A DNA stretch of 38,363 nt from Vermamoeba vermiformis (lineage: Eukaryota), in contig JBEWZL010000166.1 of NCBI GenBank assembly GCA_045837725.1, positions 372,001-410,363 of the forward strand. Direction: 5' to 3'. The first letter of the stretch is position 1, and each line of letters starts with the position of its first letter. Shown here piece by piece: positions 38,101 through 38,363 of this stretch. The translations under genes were made by a program, and so were the position numbers. The notes beneath the pieces are model-generated. The model saw only the letters and a list, made by a program, of their open reading frames with translations, ran no database searches and had not been told where the DNA came from.

Positions 38101-38356
38101 ATATTTAATAGGTATTATTACGGATATCGAAAGTGCAAATAACGAACTGGTGGCTAAGAGATCTACGTTGAAGTCCAAAGTCGAAGATCTGAAAAAACTA
38201 TCTAAGAGCCACAAGACCAATAGCAAGAGCTGTAAATACATCATATTGATGAACTTGTTCCTCGGATGCGTGGTGTTCAGCGTGGCACTCATCGCATTCA
38301 TTCTCAAGCCCGAACTGATTCCTATTGTACAACGATTGGCCTTGAAAAAATTGTAA
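35136..38356 (+). CDS. Long coiled-coil, tail-anchored (golgin-like architecture) protein
   Basis: 6 exons (35136-35649 ... 36475-37820, 38112-38356). C-terminal TM IILMNLFLGCVVFSVALIAFIL followed by a short tail. Confidence 0.85.
37864..37896. repeat. Intronic 12-bp tandem repeat, ~3 copies
   Basis: gatatttttggt gatatttttggc gatattttt. Confidence 0.75.
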
Positions 38357-38363
38357 GTTTTTA

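Noticed and set aside
29280-38307. Many Ser/Phe/Ile-rich ORFs antisense to the coiled-coil genes
   Set aside because: They are shadows of E/K-rich codons on the opposite strand, with no independent coding signal.

Overview
AT-rich, intron-dense eukaryotic DNA (short GT-AG introns with CTAAC-like branch points). The gene content (hybrid-kinase receiver domain, Zn2Cys6 factor, EGF/GPI surface proteins, TOM1-like 7TM proteins) suggests an amoeboid protist; this is inferred. About 15 genes were reconstructed by hand: the 3' end of a receiver-domain gene, an EGF surface protein, a membrane F-box protein, a Rad6/UBC2 E2, two PA-domain 7TM receptor-like paralogs, two secreted Cys-rich paralogs adjacent to them, a second F-box gene, a small secreted protein, a surface protein with prokaryote-like domains, an intron-rich GH151-like glycosidase, a Zn2Cys6 transcription factor and three coiled-coil paralogs (one degenerate). 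The main observations are: (1) a ~900-bp non-coding fold-back element with a perfect 32-bp terminal inverted repeat and degenerate palindromy throughout, inserted at the start of exon 2 of an otherwise intact receptor gene; (2) a twice-repeated receptor plus secreted-protein gene pairing; (3) pervasive GATC/RGATCY motifs in introns and intergenic DNA; (4) seven +1 frameshifts at short homopolymers, most likely assembly errors.
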